From assembly GCA_964016885.1 (NCBI GenBank), contig OZ024740.1, positions 311,364,001 to 311,428,000 of the forward strand: a stretch of DNA of 64,000 bases. The letters run 5' to 3'. Below, one piece after another: positions 59,269-64,000 of the stretch (the first letter of the stretch is position 1; every line of letters begins with the position of its first letter). The notes beneath the pieces were generated by a model, which ran no database searches, was not told the DNA's origin, and was given only the letters and a program-made list of their open reading frames with translations. The translations under genes were made by a program, and so were the position numbers. This stretch comes from Eledone cirrhosa. Taxonomy: Eukaryota.

Positions 59269-59270
<2 letters not shown>
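58651..59270 (-). mobile_element. Non-coding 597-bp hammerhead-containing monomer with ~23-bp terminal redundancy in (TA)n
   Basis: tataaattcagcgagaatcgcat occurs at 58651-58673 and 59248-59270. Confidence 0.75.
58900..59002 (-). ncRNA. Type I hammerhead, U3-A8 core, ~77-nt stem II
   Basis: cctg-TTGATAA-c-[gtgata/tgtcgc, cct/agg, gatcattatac/gtattattgatt, gctta/taagc]-a-GAAA-ccctg-TA-ctgg (one stem I mismatch). Confidence 0.7.
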
Positions 59271-59347
<77 letters not shown>

Positions 59348-59350
<3 letters not shown>

Positions 59351-59446
59351 CGTGTTCCAAAAAATGTATACACCAATGTTTACATCATTCTAATAAATAT
59401 TGCCTGTGCAGGTAATCAAAGTGTGTATACATTTTGGGGGACACCC

Positions 59447-59448
<2 letters not shown>
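59348..59448. mobile_element. ~100-bp Tc1/mariner-type MITE
   Basis: Homologous to 37356-37456; TIRs and TA flanks. Confidence 0.75.
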
Positions 59449-59479
<31 letters not shown>

Positions 59480-59571
59480 ATGTGTGTGTGTGTGTACATA
59501 CATACATACATACATACATACATACATACATACATACATACATACATACATACATACATACATACATACAC

Positions 59572-60390
59572 CTAGATGTGATAACGTGCAGATTCTTCAG
59601 AACTAACATCGAGGATATCACCCATGTCATCACCAGCTGTCCAAAGATGTCATCGCGGTACTATCTACCTATGAGGCATGATGTAGTGGCCAAAAGTCTG
59701 TACAATGCAGTTCGTAAAAAAGATAGCCCCGATAATAAACACATTAAAAGCTACACCAATGTGGAAGACATTCATGTAATAATATGAAAGAGTACTGGTG
59801 GAATGTTCCAGTAAAAACCCCAATAAAATGCAGGCATAACAGACCAGATATTATGATATGGAACAGGGAGAAGAAAGCATGCACAGCAGTGGAAATTAGC
59901 TGCCCAGCAGGTGCCAATATAATATCAGAGATTAGTGAAAAGGAGAATATTTATGCAGAACTGATGAGAAATCAGCAGATACTCCACCTTCATTACACCA
60001 TCAGATTTATGCCCCTGATTATTGGGGCACTGGGGTATGTTAGTAACTGCCTCAATACAAATCTTAAGAAGCTAGGCGTCACAGAAACAGAAAGAACACA
60101 ACTAGTTAGAAAATTACAAGTACAATCCATTAATGGAACAGTAAAAATATGTAAAACATTCCAAAAATGTTGCATCTAATAACTGCATATAGACATGTAC
60201 AGATACAAAGCATACACATCCACACATACAATAACATCCATATCTACACATGCATGCATGCATAATTTACCTAGTTGATGTTGTGTAAATTCCAATGAGA
60301 GAGTCTTGTGTCTATGCTAGAAACCGACTCTCTCTCTATTGGGAAAAAAATTGTGAAATTATAAAACCTGAAGAACATACATACATACAA
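59572..60390 (+). mobile_element. 5'-truncated R4/Dong-like non-LTR retrotransposon in a (TACA)n tract
   Basis: CRF...H....C zinc knuckle, RHD, WW..P....HNRPDI......EISCP...K..Y..L...IIGALG; (taca)n upstream and catacatacatac downstream. Confidence 0.85.
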
Positions 60391-62887
60391 TTTATACACA
60401 CACATACATATATTGATGATACTATAGAGAATCTACTGAATAGGAAAAGTAGATTATCTATCGAACTAGTAAACTTGTAGAGGCTCTGGGTTTTTGTTGT
60501 TTTTTTTTTTGTGTGTATTTTTTTAAAGAATTTGAATTTACAAACTTCAATGGCCGAATATTTTCAGCGTGAACGATGCGTAATAAAATCAAAAAAGTAA
60601 AAGAAACAAATGTGTGATCAATAGCAATAGACGAAATATCAAATCAAGTATCGTGCAGAAATCAAACAAAAACAAACTAGAAAAATGTATTTCATATATT
60701 TCTTAGATATTGGTTTCAGAAATGAAGAACTGCTATTTACACCAGCCGTATCAACCAGTTGCTATGAGTCATCAAAGGTGATTCTACGAGGTCGTTAGAC
60801 CTGCTTGAAATAGCAACGGAATCTCTTCCCAAGAGTACTCTACTGTCTTAAAGAAAGAAGGACTCGTTGGCTAATGCAGCCTTTGATTTACAAAAATACT
60901 TGATCATTGTCACTGAAATGCCTTTGATCATAGGTCTGCTCGCTCAAAACAGACATGAGGCTAAGCTACAACATCAACCAGCTGTTATTTACAACTTTCT
61001 ATTGTGGCAACTTTTAGTTTTTCGAGAAAAATTTCTTTTGTTTTGCTGGTGCGTCTGTCTTGGATTTTAGTTTTCTTTTCTTTGCCTTTAGACTTATTTT
61101 AATTTACTTTTCCTTATATTTTGTTTCCTTCTCAAATTCATTCATGGCCATAAAACTGTAAACAAGAGTCACTCATGTGTAGCGAGTTAAACATGAATGA
61201 GTACTAAAAGATTAAGATGGTTAACACTTTTATCTTATGCTTGCATGACAACAGAATCGTTGCGTTAAATCATGGAGAAATACAAGAGAAATATAGATAG
61301 AATGAAAGATACATTCAAAGTTTGATAGTTCTGGCCAAGAAAAAAATGAGAGAGAGGTGGAAGAGAAAGAAAAAGTAAAAGAAACTGATCTTGGTAAAAC
61401 ATAAATTGCTTTTCCTAAGATATTTGTATTAAGATGAATGGTGTTGGTAATGATGATCTTGATGATGACGATGACAACGACGACGATAACAACGATTACG
61501 ATGATGACATTTCTCGCAATGACACTGAGTGAGCTATTGTTGTTTAGATCCTCGGATTTGCTTTAGACAAGCAGACAAGCAAACCAAAGGTGTTCCGGCT
61601 TGATATTCCTATCCTATTGTTTTAGAATATACTGCATTTATGATTATATTTTCCAATGTGTCCTTCCTTTTTGAGGCGGTATGATGGGATTTTTAAAAGA
61701 TCTGGCTCGTTTGGCGACAGATTGTTAATGAAAGATACAGTTGATTGAATTGACCCCAGTTTATGCCCAGTGATTAATGTATCGATCTTGGTGGGAACAA
61801 TAGGTAAAAGCAAGTCTAAAGATATTTGAATTGCAATACAGAGAAATTGAATGCTGTAATTGTTTTTGTTTTTTTTTTCATACAACTATTTATTGCACTC
61901 TAATATCCACAAAATAAAGAATTGCACTGTCTGACAAATTTTCGGTTTTCAGAAAATTCAAGAACAATGTCAAGTGACTTTAATTCGAATACACTGATCA
62001 CGAATTTGAAATTGATTTTTCGTGTGCACTTCATGATTTAATAAAAATTCAATTTTGATTTAGATATAAATATATATATATATATATATATTCTCACATT
62101 TTTAATGAGAGAGAGACTTTATTCACAATTTTGTAAATAACATTACAAATATGTTTTAAATATGTACATAAATAACATTACAAATGCGTAAATAACATAA
62201 TAAATTGCTCGCAATACGTTCAGAAGAACATTACAAATATAATATCGTTGATAAAGATAAATATAAACGCATAAAAGAGAAGAAAAAAAAGTGGAGGGGA
62301 GGGGCAAAAACAAAAACGACCAACAATCGGTTGCACGTCACATCATAAGAGTTAACTAAACATTTTGAAGCAAGCCAATATGCTCGCAGCATTGCCACGG
62401 GTAATGGCGAGGCTAAGGCGCTGAAACAACCAGGCACCATCACGGGCATCTCAGTAAGAAACGAAACATCTCAGTAAGAAACGAAAATCCATCTTTGTTT
62501 GTTGTTGTGTTTTGTTTTGTTTTTTGGGTTTTTCCCCATAACCCAAATTTTAATTATAATTTGGTTTTACTATTTCATTCTATATGTATTTCTGGCACAT
62601 GATATTTCAACAATTCAGCTTACCATGCCTTACTCAAATAGAGTAAGACATCGTTTGATATTTAATATAGGAAAGATTCCTTTTTACTTTGAACACTAGT
62701 GAAGGATATTTAATATTGTAATGACCAGGCTCCACGATTTGTCTCTGAAGCGAATCCTTGCAAATTTAAAGTTCTTAGTGCAGTCTGTAATATTCTTTAA
62801 GTACGTAAATAAATTCAATTTCACCAGAAATATTGCATAACTTGTCAATATCACTATTCCATGTACCATAAGTCATACTCTGGCGAA

Positions 62888-62922
<35 letters not shown>

Positions 62923-63388
62923 GAAGTATTTCCGTAGGAAAGGTAAAGGAAAAGAGAGTGTTCTATGTAGGCTCCAGAGCTTTTTAGTTATGTAATAAAC
63001 AACATAAGATAATTATTTCATTTACCAATGGTTTCTTAAAGACACGTATGTCTGTCTTCATTCATCAGAAAAAATATTTATTATGGAATAGTGATATGGA
63101 TTTGAAAACAGAGTTTAGGATAAATGAAAGTGAGGCTGAAATAAAATAACGGGCATAAATATATATTGCAAATTTCGGAAGTAATATTTCTTTGGCTGCC
63201 AATTTCAGACAGGTCTCAGAAAAAAATTGAGATAAGCAGCCAAAGAAATATTTGTAGTTAAATGACAGCATAGCTAGTGTAATAAATATCTGTATACCAT
63301 AACTCATTCTACAGATTCAATGCAATGCTCTCGCAACTTTGGATATTCTTTACCAAATTATACTACAATATATAGATAGATATATATA

Positions 63389-63432
<44 letters not shown>

Positions 63433-63587
63433 AAGAGTGCTCGTAGGGACATGTATAAACACACACACACGCACATTTGTGAATGTCTGTAATTATATGT
63501 GTGTGCGCGTGTGCCTATGTCCGTGTGTGTGTGTACATGCGTACATATGGGTGCATATATGTATGTGTGTATATACATATATGACCC

Positions 63588-63985
63588 CTTAGCCTTTGTC
63601 AAGGCAGAATTCTAGGAGAAGGAAAACTCTGATATAACACCTGCAACTCTGATGGTATCCAATGATGTTGACTTGTTCTTCTTTTTGGTAAATATCATCT
63701 TGGTTAAGAGAGTGGGACTGGCTTTGTGCAGTGCCTTTGCTCACTATAAAAGCTTCACGGCACAGGCATTGCTTTATATATGGAGATCTCTCTGCACTTG
63801 TTGTCACATGGTACCATGGGCCCAGCACTATGTGTCAATAATTGTCACAAGTGTAGTGTTTGTACTAGAGTTTTCAAGTCGCTGGCTGGACTCAAAAGTC
63901 ACACTCGTTCAGCGCATCGGTAGGAGTTCTCCTACATGGATATAAAGTAGTGGCCGTACTCGAAAACGAGTTGGCAGCCACCATA
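63588..63985. mobile_element. Probable RTE-type LINE fragments
   Basis: agcctt..aaggca...ctaggagaaggaaaactctga resembles RTE UTRs; a decayed minus frame reads ISIYKAM.VP. Confidence 0.4.
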
Positions 63986-64000
63986 TATATATATATATAT

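Overview
AT-rich, microsatellite-dense eukaryotic DNA, most likely from an octopus or other cephalopod (inferred from the tRNA-derived SINEs and the TA/TG/AG repeat load). No complete host gene is recognisable. The first 13 kb is a cluster of Penelope-like retroelements (PLEs). It holds a 5'-inverted Hydra-like PLE (RT + GIY-YIG), a near-identical tandem of a second PLE with one intact ~860-aa ORF inserted in a (TA)n tract, and a decayed third PLE. The rest is SINEs, mariner/Tc1, RTE, CRE, R4 and Helitron remnants, MITEs and two inverted duplications. The main signal is about 14 type I hammerhead-ribozyme (HHR) motifs read by eye, many with unusually long stem II and some with a compensated U3-A8 core. 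Four lie in a young non-coding 591-bp tandem/inverted array (39056-41439) and one in a terminally redundant 597-bp monomer (58651-59270). Both look like PLE-mobilised retrozyme-type elements, possibly with circular RNA intermediates. Folding and family assignments were made by eye, not computed.
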